A DNA stretch of 64,000 nt from Octopus vulgaris (lineage: Eukaryota): positions 13,144,001 through 13,208,000 of the forward strand of contig OX597828.1 of assembly GCA_951406725.2 (NCBI GenBank). Reading direction: 5' to 3'. How positions within the stretch are numbered: position 1 is the stretch's first letter; the number at the start of each line of letters is the position of its first letter. Made by a program: the position numbers and the translations under genes. Below, one piece after another: positions 1-12,500 of the stretch. Under the pieces are notes generated by a model. The model saw nothing but the letters and a program-made list of their open reading frames with translations. It had not been told where the DNA came from and searched no databases.

Positions 1-14
1 TATTTTTTAAATCT

Positions 15-478
15 GTCAGTCAAAAGTTAAAGATCCTTTATAGTCAATTGCCTGTTATCCATCACAATGTGGTGTACATGATCATTATTTTCCATGGTGG
101 TGGCAGTTGCAGGACTTGGGTCGTCTTCAAAACTCTCCCTTCCCCTCCTAAATTCAGCTGCCCATTTTTGCACTGTTGATAATAATAGTTGGAGCAACGT
201 CCCTTAATGTAGCAACCATGTCAGCATGAATGTCCTTGGGGGCTAAACCGTTTTTCTGCAGGTACTTGATAACAGTACAATGCCAAATTCTATTTACCTT
301 CAAGAGAAGCCAGTACTAGTTACTTTGGAAGTCTTCTCTGAACAGTTAGATGTCAGCTTACCTGGAAAGAAACAATGCGGTTATTAAAAAGAAGAGTTGA
401 ATTTAATGCTTGCAAGATTTCGCAGCTCTAGCGTCACTCCTTCATAGGAAGAGTATGAACTTTTCAGCCCCACCATTA
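15..478 (-). mobile_element. Mariner-type DNA transposon relic (5' end with degraded transposase N-terminus)
   Basis: Reverse strand translates with a frameshift to IKYLQKNGLAPKDIHADMVATL...TVQKWAAEFRRGRESFEDDP...VHHIVMDNRQLT, typical of the mariner HTH region; TIR-like end near 455-478. Confidence 0.85.
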
Positions 479-747
479 TAAATATAATTACCCCTTTAGC
501 ATTCAAACCCCCCCAAATGCTCTACCTGTTCTATGTTCAAACTGACTGGATCTGACCTCTCACACCTACCCTACAATGTCATCCTAAAAACATACAATCA
601 CATCATCAAAATCTGAAGGCTAAGAGCTAAGGCTTGATTAGGTTAAGCAATATTGAAGCTTTGAGCTAATGCTGTAATCACTATTTCAGAGTCACATAGT
701 TTTCTCCCTTTATCTTTTTTATCATTATTACTATTGGCACGCTAGTG

Positions 748-1076
748 AAGGCGCATGGCTCAGTGGTTAGAGCATCGAGCTTACGATCATGAGGTTGTGA
801 GCTCGTATCCTGGACTGGGCTGCATGTTGTGTTCTTGAGCAAGACACTTTATTTCACTCAATTCACTCAGCTGTAGAAATGAGTTGCGACGTCACTGGAG
901 CCAAGCTGTATCTGCCTTTGCCTTTCCCTTGGATAACACTGGTGGCCAGGAGAGGGGAAGCCGGTATGCATGGGCGACTGCTGGTCTTCCATAAACAACC
1001 TTGCCCAGACTTGTGCCTGGGAGGGTAACTTTCTAGGTGCAATCCCATGGTCAGTGTTGTGACCGAAGGGGGTCTC
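748..1076 (+). mobile_element. tRNA-derived SINE (family D here)
   Basis: A-box TGGCTCAGTGGTTAGAGC, degenerate B-box, CORE-like GTGTTCTTGAGCAAGACACTTT; deleted copy at ~14232-14385. Confidence 0.8.
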
Positions 1077-1431
1077 AGACGATTGGCGCCTAATCTTCTG
1101 AATTATCCAGCTACAGTACTTCTCCATCTCTCTCATCCTCTCAGACTTATATCTTACATCCCAGACATGGCATTAAGCACTTCACTCAGTCTTTCCTCCT
1201 TATAACTACAACCTCTGGAATTCCCTTCTTGCTCACTCTTTTCCTGCAAGCTTTTTAACCACACATGGCTGTCATCATAATCATCGCCATATTAATGTCC
1301 ACTTTTTTCTGCCTGGTGAGTCAGGCAGATTTTCTACAACCATGTACCCTTCCTGTTGCAAACCCTCACTTCTTTGATTCTTGAACATTCAGATTATTCT
1401 GTCAAATGTAATGCTTATTTATTCATATTTA

Positions 1432-1742
1432 TCATCATCATCATTTAATGTCCGCTTTTGATGCTAGCATGGGTTGGACAATTTGACTGAGGTCTTGCGA
1501 ACTAGATGGCTGCACCAGGCTCCAATCTGATCTGGCAGAGTAGTGAGTGCTTTTACGTGCCACTGGCATGAGGGCCAGTCAGGCGGTACTGGTAACGGCC
1601 ATGCTCAAATGGTGCTTTTTATGTGTCACCTGCACAGGAGCCAGTCTAGTGGCACTGGCAATGACTTCGCTTGAATATTTTTTTTATGTGCCAGTAAGGC
1701 GATGCAGGTAACGATCACACTCAAATGGTGCTCATTACGTGC
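1432..1742 (-). mobile_element. RTE LINE 3' tail fragment
   Basis: (CAT)n tail plus GCTAGCATGGGTTGGAC; the same sequence follows the RTE RT fragment at 54540-55745. Confidence 0.75.
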
Positions 1743-1749
1743 CAATATA

Positions 1750-1824
1750 CAGGGTTATTGAAAATGAATGAACCAATTTCATTATGCAATATTTTAATTG
1801 GTTCATTCTTTTTGAATAACCTTG
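1750..1824. mobile_element. Tiny Tc1/mariner-type MITE
   Basis: Inverted ends CAGGGTTATTGAAAATGAATGAACCAATT / AATTGGTTCATTCTTTTTGAATAACCTTG flanked by TA. Confidence 0.7.
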
Positions 1825-1826
1825 TA

Positions 1827-1858
<32 letters not shown>

Positions 1859-1964
1859 ACAACACACACACATGTATATCTGTATGTCTATTTGCATGCA
1901 TGTTTCTTTCCATGTGTATTTCCATTGGTGCCAACAGTGACATTTTTTTTTTTTAAATTTTGTT

Positions 1965-2254
1965 TGTTCCTTCTCGAGCCATACCTGGCTCATAAGGGCC
2001 AGTTTCCATGGCGTATAGGTTCCCCACCTGGATGGGATGCCGGTCCATCACAGGTGAGCTGCAAGATGCAGGAGGAAAGAGTGAGAGAGAGTTGTGGCGA
2101 AAGAGTCAGCAGAAGTTCGCCATTACCTTCTGCCGGAGCCGCGTGGAGCTTAGGTGTTTCGCTCATAAACACACACATCGCCCGGTCTGAGATTCAAACC
2201 CGCGATCCCTCAACTGCGAGTCTGCTGCTCTAATCACTAAGCCACATGCCTCCA
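1965..2254 (-). mobile_element. tRNA-derived SINE (family E head, V-domain-like tail)
   Basis: Reverse strand begins GGAGGCATGTGGCTTAGTGATTAGAGCAGC...GGTTTGAATCTC; head shared with 21784-22100 and 24594-24870. Confidence 0.75.
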
Positions 2255-2712
2255 CTAACATTTGTTTTATGTCCCACTGATTACTTTTGCAGTTCATCAT
2301 GCTTGATGTCTGTAGACTGAAGTGCTTTGCTCGAATAACACATATGACATCAGGAAGGGCATCCAGCTGTAAAAAAGCCCCATGCTAAAACTAACCTCGT
2401 GCCACATAAAAAGCACTGTCTACTCTGCTGGGTGGTTGGTGTTAGGAACTGCATCCAGTCATAAAAACCGTACTAAAACAGACACAGAAGTCTGATGCAA
2501 TCTTCTGCCTGGCCAGCTCCTGTCAAACCCTCTGACCCATGACAGCATGGAAGGCAGACGTTAAACGACGATGATGATGATTTCATAAGCCTCATTACAT
2601 TACAAGGAATTTATGCTCTCACCTATATTCTTGGTACATGTTTTTTTTTCTTTTGTTTGTTTTAAATATTCATTCTTGTGTAATGATATTGTGCTGATCC
2701 TATTTCTTGTAG

Positions 2713-2798
2713 ACCTGCTCCATTTGTTTCGAACCTTGGACAACCTCTGGTAATCATAGGCCAGCTTCCCTTAAATGTGGTCATCTGTTTGGTGAAAG
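2713..2798 (+). CDS. RFWD3: RFWD3 exon, RING first half (TCSICFEPWTTSGNHRPASLKCGHLFGE)
   Basis: ttgtAG acceptor, GTaatt donor; RING motif. Confidence 0.95.
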
Positions 2799-4263
2799 GT
2801 AATTGACTTTCATGCAATTAATAGTTTAAAGATTGTGTCTTTTGTTTTTATTTTGATTTTTAATCCAGATTGAGTAGTTATGACCTTAACAATCAAAAAG
2901 AATAACAGTCCCCTACTACAAAATAACTGAATCTATCTAAAAGCATACCTTACTGTTTTAAGTATGGTAAAGAAGCATTTGATGGGGTGGTCCCAGATAA
3001 CATTTTAAAAACAAAGGGTGGTCACAGCTGGAATGCTTGATCAGAACTCCACTTGATAGTGGTTGAGCTGGAACCAAATGTCAGCAACTATAAGGCAAAC
3101 AAAATATATAAATAAATAATAGTAAATAAATTTTATTGAATCTTGGGAGGGGCATTATGCCAGTAATAATAAACACACACACTAGTTTGGTCCTTTATTG
3201 TTATTGTTCACAGTATTGTTTGTGTTGTTATTTCTTGTTTTTTGTCAATTATTCCATTGCATTGTTGCAACCTCTTCAGTGACACGTCTTTCTTCTTCCA
3301 TTTCTTTTGAATTTATGTTCCAGTGTTGGGATTTGTCCACAATCTGTCCAATATGAGTATAAAAAAAAAAAAAAATAATAATAATGAAATTATTGTGTAA
3401 AATGCTCAGGTGCACCACAACTCGTCAAAAGTGCATATAAAGCATATGCAGTAATGTACAAATGTCTGGGAAGTGAACAGTGTATGAGTCAGATACATGC
3501 TTGCGTGTGTATGGAGGGGAAAACATCATGTGTAGTGTTGGCGAATCTCAGGAACCATGGAAGTTTTGAAGGATGCAGTGCTCCGGCAACTAACAACTGA
3601 TGCCGGCAGGTTGTTCCATGCTTCAGCAACTCTTAGCGTGTGTGTATATGTCTGTATGTTTATACCTAAGTGTGTATGTATGTTTTCTAAATACTGACTT
3701 ATGTTATTTTTATATACATAAGATAGCAGTTTTGGTTTTCTCTTTGTTTTCTTCACAAATGCACACCATGTTTCTCTCAAAGACAGTTACACTGTCTTCT
3801 TTGTTTGATAAATGCTGAATAAATAGATGTATATCTGTGCAAGAGTATGAGCATGTGTCCATGAGTTCCTGTGTGCTTGATTTCTACAGCTAGATAGCCT
3901 TCCTAATGCCAACCACTTTACAAAGTGTACCTGGATGTTTTTTACATGGCATCAGCATCAATGAGGCCCCCCAAGTAACTTGCATGACAAGACCCCTCAA
4001 CTAAGGAGTGATGTAGTATCAAGCAAAAGTGTATATTTATTTTGTAAGCTATGTTGTATTGGTACTGTATTTCGTTTAGCATATTTTATTTCTTTATATT
4101 GTCTCAGCTGCATCGATAAATGGTTAAGAGGTCAAGGAGATAAATGTCCGCATTGTAACTGTAAAGCCAAAAGAAGTGACATACGGGTCGTGTTTTCCAG
4201 AAACATCCGGGTGGGTATTGGCTAAATTCTTTTCAAGTATCTCTCTCTCTTTCTCTCTCTTTG

Positions 4264-4295
<32 letters not shown>

Positions 4296-5044
4296 ACACA
4301 TATATATACACTTGCGTCAGAAATTAATTAGCACTTCTCAAATTTCTACATTAAATAGGTTAAATCAATTAACCTATGAGCTGTTCAAAACGTCTTACGC
4401 GATGAGAAAACTTAGTACGGTGTGATTTCGGTCCTTGCGAGGCGCTACCTATATCTATTAAACAAAGGAAGATTTGTCTGCATCCGCACTCCAAGTTGTT
4501 GCACTGCTATGTCAACATCATAAGGCTGTAGACTCTCAAACTGCTCTGCAAACAAAGTTACGTCATCGTTCTGCGCAACAGTGAACTCGAAACAAAGCAA
4601 TAGTTCGAGATATGGCCACTAGGTGACAGCACATACCTTGAGTGAAGAGCAAATCAAGGGTGCTAATTAATTTCTGACGGTAGTGTATATACAGGTGTGG
4701 CTGTGTGGTAAGAAGCTTGCTTCCAAACCACATGGTTCCAGGTTCAGTCCCTGATACTTTGGGCAAGTGTCTTCTACTATAGCCTTTTGCCAACCAAAGC
4801 CTTGTGAATGGATTTAATAGACAGAAACTGAAAGAAGCCCATTGTGTGTGTGTGTGTGCCCCCACAATTTCTTGACAGTCGATGTTGGTGTGTTTACATT
4901 TCCTTAACTTAGTGTTTCGGCAAAACAGGCTGATAGAATAAGTACTAGGCTTACGAAGAATAAGTCCCAGGGTCGATTTCTTTGACTAGAAAAACCCCTT
5001 AAAGTGGTGCTCCAGCATGGCTGCAGTTAAATGACTAAAGCAAG

Positions 5045-5076
<32 letters not shown>

Positions 5077-8000
5077 TTCTGTTTACCAAATCCATTCACA
5101 AGGCTTTAATTAGCCCAAGGTTATAGTAGAAGACACTTGCCCAAGGTACCACGCAGTGGGACTGAACCCGGAGCCATGTGGCTAGTAAGCAAGCTACTTA
5201 CCACACAGCCACTCCTGCACCTGTTATGTGTATGCATATAACTGTTTGTTTGTGTATGAATATATATGTGTGTATGAAAAACTGCCAGATTTGACTGGGC
5301 CTGATGAAGCCTTCTGGCTTCACAGACCCCAGTAGAACCGTCCAACCCATGCTAGCATGGAAAATGGACGCTAAACGGTGATGATGATGTATATATCTTT
5401 ATTAACAATGTTGCTGTTTTCTAGGCTGTGGACACTATTGAACGTGATAGAGCTTTACAAGAACTTGCTCAAAGCAAGCAAAGAAATGCTGAATTGAAAA
5501 TGGAATTAGCTGAACTTGGTTGCAAATATCAACTGGATTGTTCCAAGCTACTAACTGAACTTAAAGAGGCCCAAAATGAAATTAAATTTCTCAGGTAACA
5601 TTTCTTTACCTTCGCGCGCACACACACATATATATGTTTGTTGTATATGATTTTTTTTTTTTAGTATTGTTTTGGTGTTTTCCTCAAATATATCTTTGTG
5701 CGAAAATAAAATAAAGCATAATGGTTTTGTTAAGGTGCTGGACAACTGATCATACGGTCATGTGTCCAAACCCTACTGTAGCCTTTCATATTAACAAATT
5801 AAATATATACCCTTTGCTGCACGATAAAGCATACAAAGTATGGTTGCATTCATTGTTGAAAACCAAGTTTATGGATTTGTACCTCTTGATCAGGGATGGG
5901 CAGCCTTTTTCCAAAACGTGGGCTGCAGGAGTCATGACTCAGCATTTGGCAGGCCACACTACTAAAAGAATTCAAGTTAATTTTTTATTAGGCATGCCAT
6001 TCAGAAAGTCCTGCACTTTGTCCATCATCATCATCGTCGTTTAACGTCCGCTTTCCATGCTAGCATGGGTTGGACGGTTTGACTGTGGGCTGGCGAACCA
6101 GATGGCTGCACCAGGCCCCAATCTAGATCTGGCAGAGTTTCTACAGCTGGATGCCCTTCCTAATGCCAACCACTCCGAGAGTGTAGTGGGTGCTTTTACG
6201 TGCCACCGGCACGGGGTCCAGTCAGGCGGTACTGGCAACGACCTCGATCGAACTTTTTACACATGGGCCAGTCAGGCGGTACTGGTGATGACCTCGCTCG
6301 AACTTTTTACACATGGGCCAGTCAGGCGGTACTGGTGACGACCTCGCTCGAACTTTTTACACATGCCAACAGCACAGGGGCCAGTAAGGCGATGCTGGTA
6401 ACGATCCCGCTCGAATGGTGCCTCCTACATGCCACCAGCACGGAAGCCAGTTAGCTGCTCTGGCAACGATCACGCTCAGATGGTGCTCTTAGCACCCTAC
6501 TAGCAATAATGTCAGTCATTTTATGGTTTCAGTGAACCTATCTGAAAACGGGTACCACATATACAGTTGAATGGTCAATAGTAGGAAAGTTGTCCAGCTA
6601 TAAAATATCATCTTCAACAATTTGGCATTGATGTTGTTGTTCTTTTACATCCATGCAACAACATGCAAGGTTGGGGGAAGACATCTAACTTGTATGTTCC
6701 ATTTTTAACCCTCTCAGACCTGGGCGCCTGAGCAAAACAAAGAAAAGAAAATAGTTGCATATAGGCATAAGTGGGGCTATGTGGTAAGAAGCTTGCTTCC
6801 CAACCACATGACTCCATGTTCAATCCCATTGCGTGGAACCTTGGGCAAGTGTCTTCTACGGTAGCCTTGGACCAACCAGTGCCTTGTAAATGGATTTGGT
6901 AGAAGGCAACTGAAAGAAGCCCGTCATGTGTGTTTTTGTGTCTGTGTTTGCCCCCAACCCCCATACCACGTGACAACTGGCGTTGATGTGTTTACGTCCC
7001 TGTAACTCAACGGTTTGGCAAAAGAGACTGATAGAATAAGTACTAGACTTAAAGGGAAAAGGCTCTAGGATCAGTTTCATCATCATCATTTGTTCAACTG
7101 AAATCATTCGAGGTGGTGCTCCAGCATGGCCACACTCAACTGACTGAAACAAATAAAAGAATACAGCTCAAGAGTAACAATTTAAGGCAAACTAATGGAC
7201 AGAATCGGCAACATCTTTTACTGCGTACATTCTTCGTTACTGCTTAACTGGGAATCCAAGGGAGAAGACATTCAACCCTTTAGCACTCAGATTACATATT
7301 TTTCCCATTGTTTTTTTTTTTTATTTAATCCCACATTATCCTGTAGCTTTAATTGTATAGTTTTAGAATGACATTGTGAAAGGTTGGACCTGGTCAGTAT
7401 TAACATTAGAATATTTGAGTCAGATATAGCTTGATTAAATGCTAAAGGGTTAACCTATTCCCACTATAGTGAGAATACATCTTGACTGGGTTAAAATCTG
7501 CAACTGAATGCTCTTTCTAATATTAACCTTTGTTGCATAGTGTTATTGGTTTCATTTTACCATAGCACCAGCTCTGGTGGACCTTGTCTTGTTCACAATG
7601 AGAACTAAAGAATCCTCTCTATTTTATGTCTTGTTTTTCGACTACTTTATAGAGCGTATTGTCTATGTAATTAATATTTGCCCCATGCTTTTAACCCCAA
7701 ATCTTGCTGGCACAAAATGACAGTTGCACTTGGTGACTGGCACATTGGATAATAGTAACTAAGTATAGTGATTGTTGATTTAAAAAAATTTCTCAAATAG
7801 GTGCCTGTGTGGTAAGAAGCTTGCTTCCCAATCACATGATTCTGGGTTCAGTCCCAATGCATGGCACCTTGGATAAGTGTCTTTAATAACCTCGGGCCGA
7901 CCAAAGCCTTGTGAGTGGATTTAGCAAAGGCAGCAAGCTGGCAGAAACGTTAGCATGCCAGGTGAAATGCTTAGCGGTATTTCGTCTGCCAGTATATTCT

Positions 8001-9555
8001 GAGTTCAAATTTCGCCAAGGTCAACTTTGCCTTTCATCCTTTATAAGTACTAGTTAAATAAGTACTAGTTATGCACTGGGGTTGATATAATCAACTTAAT
8101 CTGTTTTCTGTCCTTGTTTGTCCCCTCTGTGTGTAGCCCCTTGTGGACAGTAAAGAAATACGAAACTGAAAGAAGCCCATCATATATATATATTTTTGTG
8201 ATTGTGTTTGTCCCCCTGTCACTACTTGACAATTGGTGTTGATGTGTTTATGTCCCTGTAACTAAGCAGTTCAGCAAAAGAGACCAACAAAATAAGTATT
8301 AGACTTTAAAAAAAAGTCCCAGGGTCGATTTGTTTGACTAAAACCCTTCAAGACAGTGCTCCAGTGTGGCCACTGTCAAATGACTGAAACAAGTAAAAGA
8401 ATAAATGCAATGATTTATGTTTTATTGTAGGAGTCGGTTGATGGGGAGCAGCACTGGCATAACTACAGATATTTCACACTCTCAGGAAAATTCTGTAAAC
8501 AAAAGCCAAGAAGCAAGTGGAAATGGACAATATAGGTGTATTAAAACAATTTTGATTTGGGAGGTATGTGACAAATCATTTAAAAACTGGGTTTTTCTTT
8601 CTTTCTTTTGCTTTGATGTAGGCATAGATTTGCAATTATGAAGGGTTGCTTAAAAATTCCTGACGTTAGGTAAAAGAAAATTCAGGAGGATCAGTTAATT
8701 ATAATTTTATTCAACATATTCCCCTCTCAGATTCACACACTTATTGCAACAATCCTTCAGATTTTCTAAGCCCTGTAAAAAGAACTCAGAAGGTTGGGCC
8801 TCCAAGCAGGCCCTTAACGATACCCTTAAAGCCAGGAACCTTTCAGCACCCCCTCATAAGAGACCTGCTTTGCAGTAGCTACATGGTTTCATGTTCAGTC
8901 TTGCTGCATGTCTTCTATGAATTTGGGTTGAACTATGCCTTGTGGGTGCAATTTGGCAGATGGAAACTGTATGGAAGCCTTTTGTATATGTTTGTGTACA
9001 TGTGTGTATATGCATTTATCTCTGTGTGTCTTCACACTGGCACAGCTTGAATGATGCATACCTTTTGTGTATATTCCTATATACAATATATCCCACAGAT
9101 CAGCAATTTGATTACAGAGGCCAGTAAAATAAAGTATGATACATGTTCATCATTTAACACCCATTTTTTTTTCCTATCTGACATGGGTTGGAGGATTTTT
9201 CTCAGGCAATATTTTGTTGTAGGGCAGCAAGCTGGCAAAATCGTTTGCGGGCCGGGCAAAATGCTTAGTTGTATTTCATCTGCATTCTGGGTTCAAATTC
9301 TGCTGAGGTCGACTTTGCTTTTCATCCTTTCGGGGTCAATTAAATAAGTACCAGTTATGCACTGGGGTCGATGTAATCAACTTAATCCCTTTGAAAACAA
9401 ATAAGGGTTGGTACCAGGAAGAACACCCTATTGTAGAATACTGCTTGAGAATGTTTCTTCCAACCCATGCTAGCATGATAAGAGTAGATGTAAGAAAAAA
9501 ATGATGTTGTATATAATCTCCTAATAGAGTAATGAGCGTAGTGTTTTTATATATT

Positions 9556-9586
<31 letters not shown>

Positions 9587-12500
9587 TTGTCCAAAATCAC
9601 AGAGTAGGAGTAGGATGGAGTAGAAGAAAGAGAAGCATAAATGAAAGAGAGAAAATAGTAATTGAGTGAAGGAGAAGTAGTGAGAGTAATTGCTCTGACT
9701 GAGAGAGGGTGCAAGAAAGTAATAGCAATGGAAAAAGGAAGGGGTGATAGATGAATAAGGAAGGAAGGGGGTAAAAAAAAATCAGCATTTCAACTCTGAG
9801 TATATGCGTGTGTATGTAAAAAGGAGGTATGTGAATATGTGTGTGTGTGTGTGTGTGCAATGGAAATGGAATGGTGAACATTCAATGCTGAAAAGAAAAA
9901 TCAAACAGCATTTCAACTCTGAGTATATGTGTATGCATGTACAAGGGAAGTATGTGAATATTTGTATCTGTGATTATTATTATGTACCTTATTTATATAT
10001 AAAATACTACAATTAGCTATCGTTTCTGATGGCACGGAGTCAGCTAGTCTGATATAAACTGAAATTGAATTTCTGCATAAGACAAGGAAATATTTCAACC
10101 CTGAACCGTTGGGGAGTTTTTACAGCCAGAAACTAAGACACAGTGTTCACATATCTGGAACTGTGCTGCTTGTACACACACACACATGAAGACCTCTCAG
10201 ACTGCACCTAGATGAAGGCCATCTGACTGATTAGCTATAATTTAATAGCCATTGGCCAATTTCAATCATTTACTCATAGAAACACAGACATACTGTTTCA
10301 TCTCTTCTATTCTTATTGCAATAGACTTTGCTCTTCTGAACTGGCTAACTGTATACCTTGTTACATTGTTCATCCTGGTCTACTTGAAGCACTCACAAAT
10401 ACCCCACTTCCCTACAAATGTATGGTCTTTTACCAAATATATATAAGAAATGAAGGATATTTTGTCAGTTTTTCTCCAGTTAATTATGTTCAATATGTAT
10501 TTCTTAAGAATAATATTACTGTTGTTAAGGCAGAATGCTTAGCGGCATTTCACCCGTCTTTATCATCATCAACATTTAGCATCCGCTTTCCATGCTAGCA
10601 TGGGTTGGACGGTTCAACTGGGGTCTGGGAAGCCAGAAGGCTGCACCAGGCCCAGTCTGATCTGGCAATGTTTCTACGGCTGGATGCCCTTCCTAACGCC
10701 AACCACTCTATGAGTGTAGTGGGTGCTTTTTACGCGTCACCGGTACAGGTGCCAGATGGGGCTGGCAATCGGCCATGGTCAGATGGTGCTTTTTACGTGC
10801 CACCAGCACGGGGGCCAGGCGAGGCTGGCAATGGCACGATCGGATGGTGCTTTTTACGTGCCACCAGCACGGAGGCCTGTCGGGGCGGCGCTGGCAACGG
10901 CCATGTTCGGATGGTTCGCTTACGTGCCACCAGCACTGGTATCACAGCTACAATTTCCATTGATGTTGATCGATTTCGATTTTGATTCTGATTCTCACTT
11001 GCCTCAACAGGTCTTCACAAGCAGAGTCTTGTGTCCCAAGAAGGAAAGGCACGCACAAGTGGACCAGCTACATCCCAGGTAGAGGCCATGGGTTATGGTC
11101 TCATTTGTCCTGCCGGGTCTTCTCACGCACAGCATACTTCCATAGGTCTCGGTCTCTAGTCATTTCCTCGGTGAGACCTAAAGTTCAAAGGTCGTGCTTC
11201 ACCACCTCATTCCAGGTCGTTGAGTTCAAATTCCACAGAGGTTGACTTTGCTTTTCATCCTTTTAAGGTTAATAAAATAAATAGGAGGGAGGTTGATGTA
11301 ATTGACTTAGCCCTCCCCTGAAACTGACTGCTCTTGTGCTAAAATTTGAAATCAATATTATTATAATTGTTGTTTTGGTGGTAGAATATAGCACAAATGG
11401 CAAAGTACTGAGTTCTAATCATAGAGAAGTCAGTTTTGCTTTTCATCACACTCCAGCCAAGGGGCAGAAGGAATAAAATCAATGTTGGACACGTACTGTT
11501 GTTGATGTCTATATAATGATTTCTAGTTTAGGCTCAGTCCTCAAATTTTGGGATAGAATTTACAAGGGACTAATTCAATTTCAGTACATGATTGGTACTT
11601 TGCATCATCAACAGAAAAGGATAAAAAACAAAGATTAGCCTCAACAGAATTTGAACTTAACTTATAAAAGGCGGTGACCTGGCAGAATTGTTAGCACACC
11701 GGGCAAAATGCTTTNNNNNNNNNNNNNNNNNNNNNNNNNNNNNNNNNNNNNNNNNNNNNNNNNNNNNNNNNNNNNNNNNNNNNNNNNNNNNNNNNNNNNN
11801 NNNNNNNNNNNNNNCGATTTTTAACATACTTCTGTATGTCTTCGCAATTCACAATCACTGGAAAAATTGTTGATAATTTTTATCAGCAAAAACAAAGCTG
11901 ATAAATACACACATTAAGCTTAATTACCAATAAACATCAGCTTGGATGACACTTAACTCAACCTTCATAGGGTGACCGATCAAACTGATTATGTAAACAG
12001 AATTCTGATTGGTCGAAAGTGTCTTTCTGCCAATTCTTGTCGGAACCTTTGATACTGAGTATCGAAATATTAATCCCTTTCACACTTATAAAATATCAAG
12101 CAAACTTAAAAATTTGTCGTTACTGTTTTATCCGGGAAATCAAACTGATAGTTTGGTAACCCACTAAAATAAACTTTAAAATTGAAAGGAAAAAATAAAT
12201 AGCTTTGCAAGTTTAACTCGGTGTTTATTGAACAAGAGAGGTGCGAAATTTAAGAAGCAACTTGTTAGGATATACATGTCTGTGAGGGGACATAAAAAAG
12301 GATAGCAAAAATCTACTATACCAAAAGAACTGGTAATACATACATTAAAAGTGTTCTATGAAGAGAGCATAAGATTGCTGCCATAATTCAACATCAATGT
12401 GAAACAACATTAAACATCGTATAAGGTAAATGAAGGTTTCTGTAAGAATGCTAAGGCATATTCACTTTGTGAGTTTACATGTGTAAGGATGAATTATGAT

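Noticed and set aside
748-825. tRNA genes at SINE heads (also 21784, 40912)
   Set aside because: A/B boxes are present but there is no complete cloverleaf and each continues into a SINE body.
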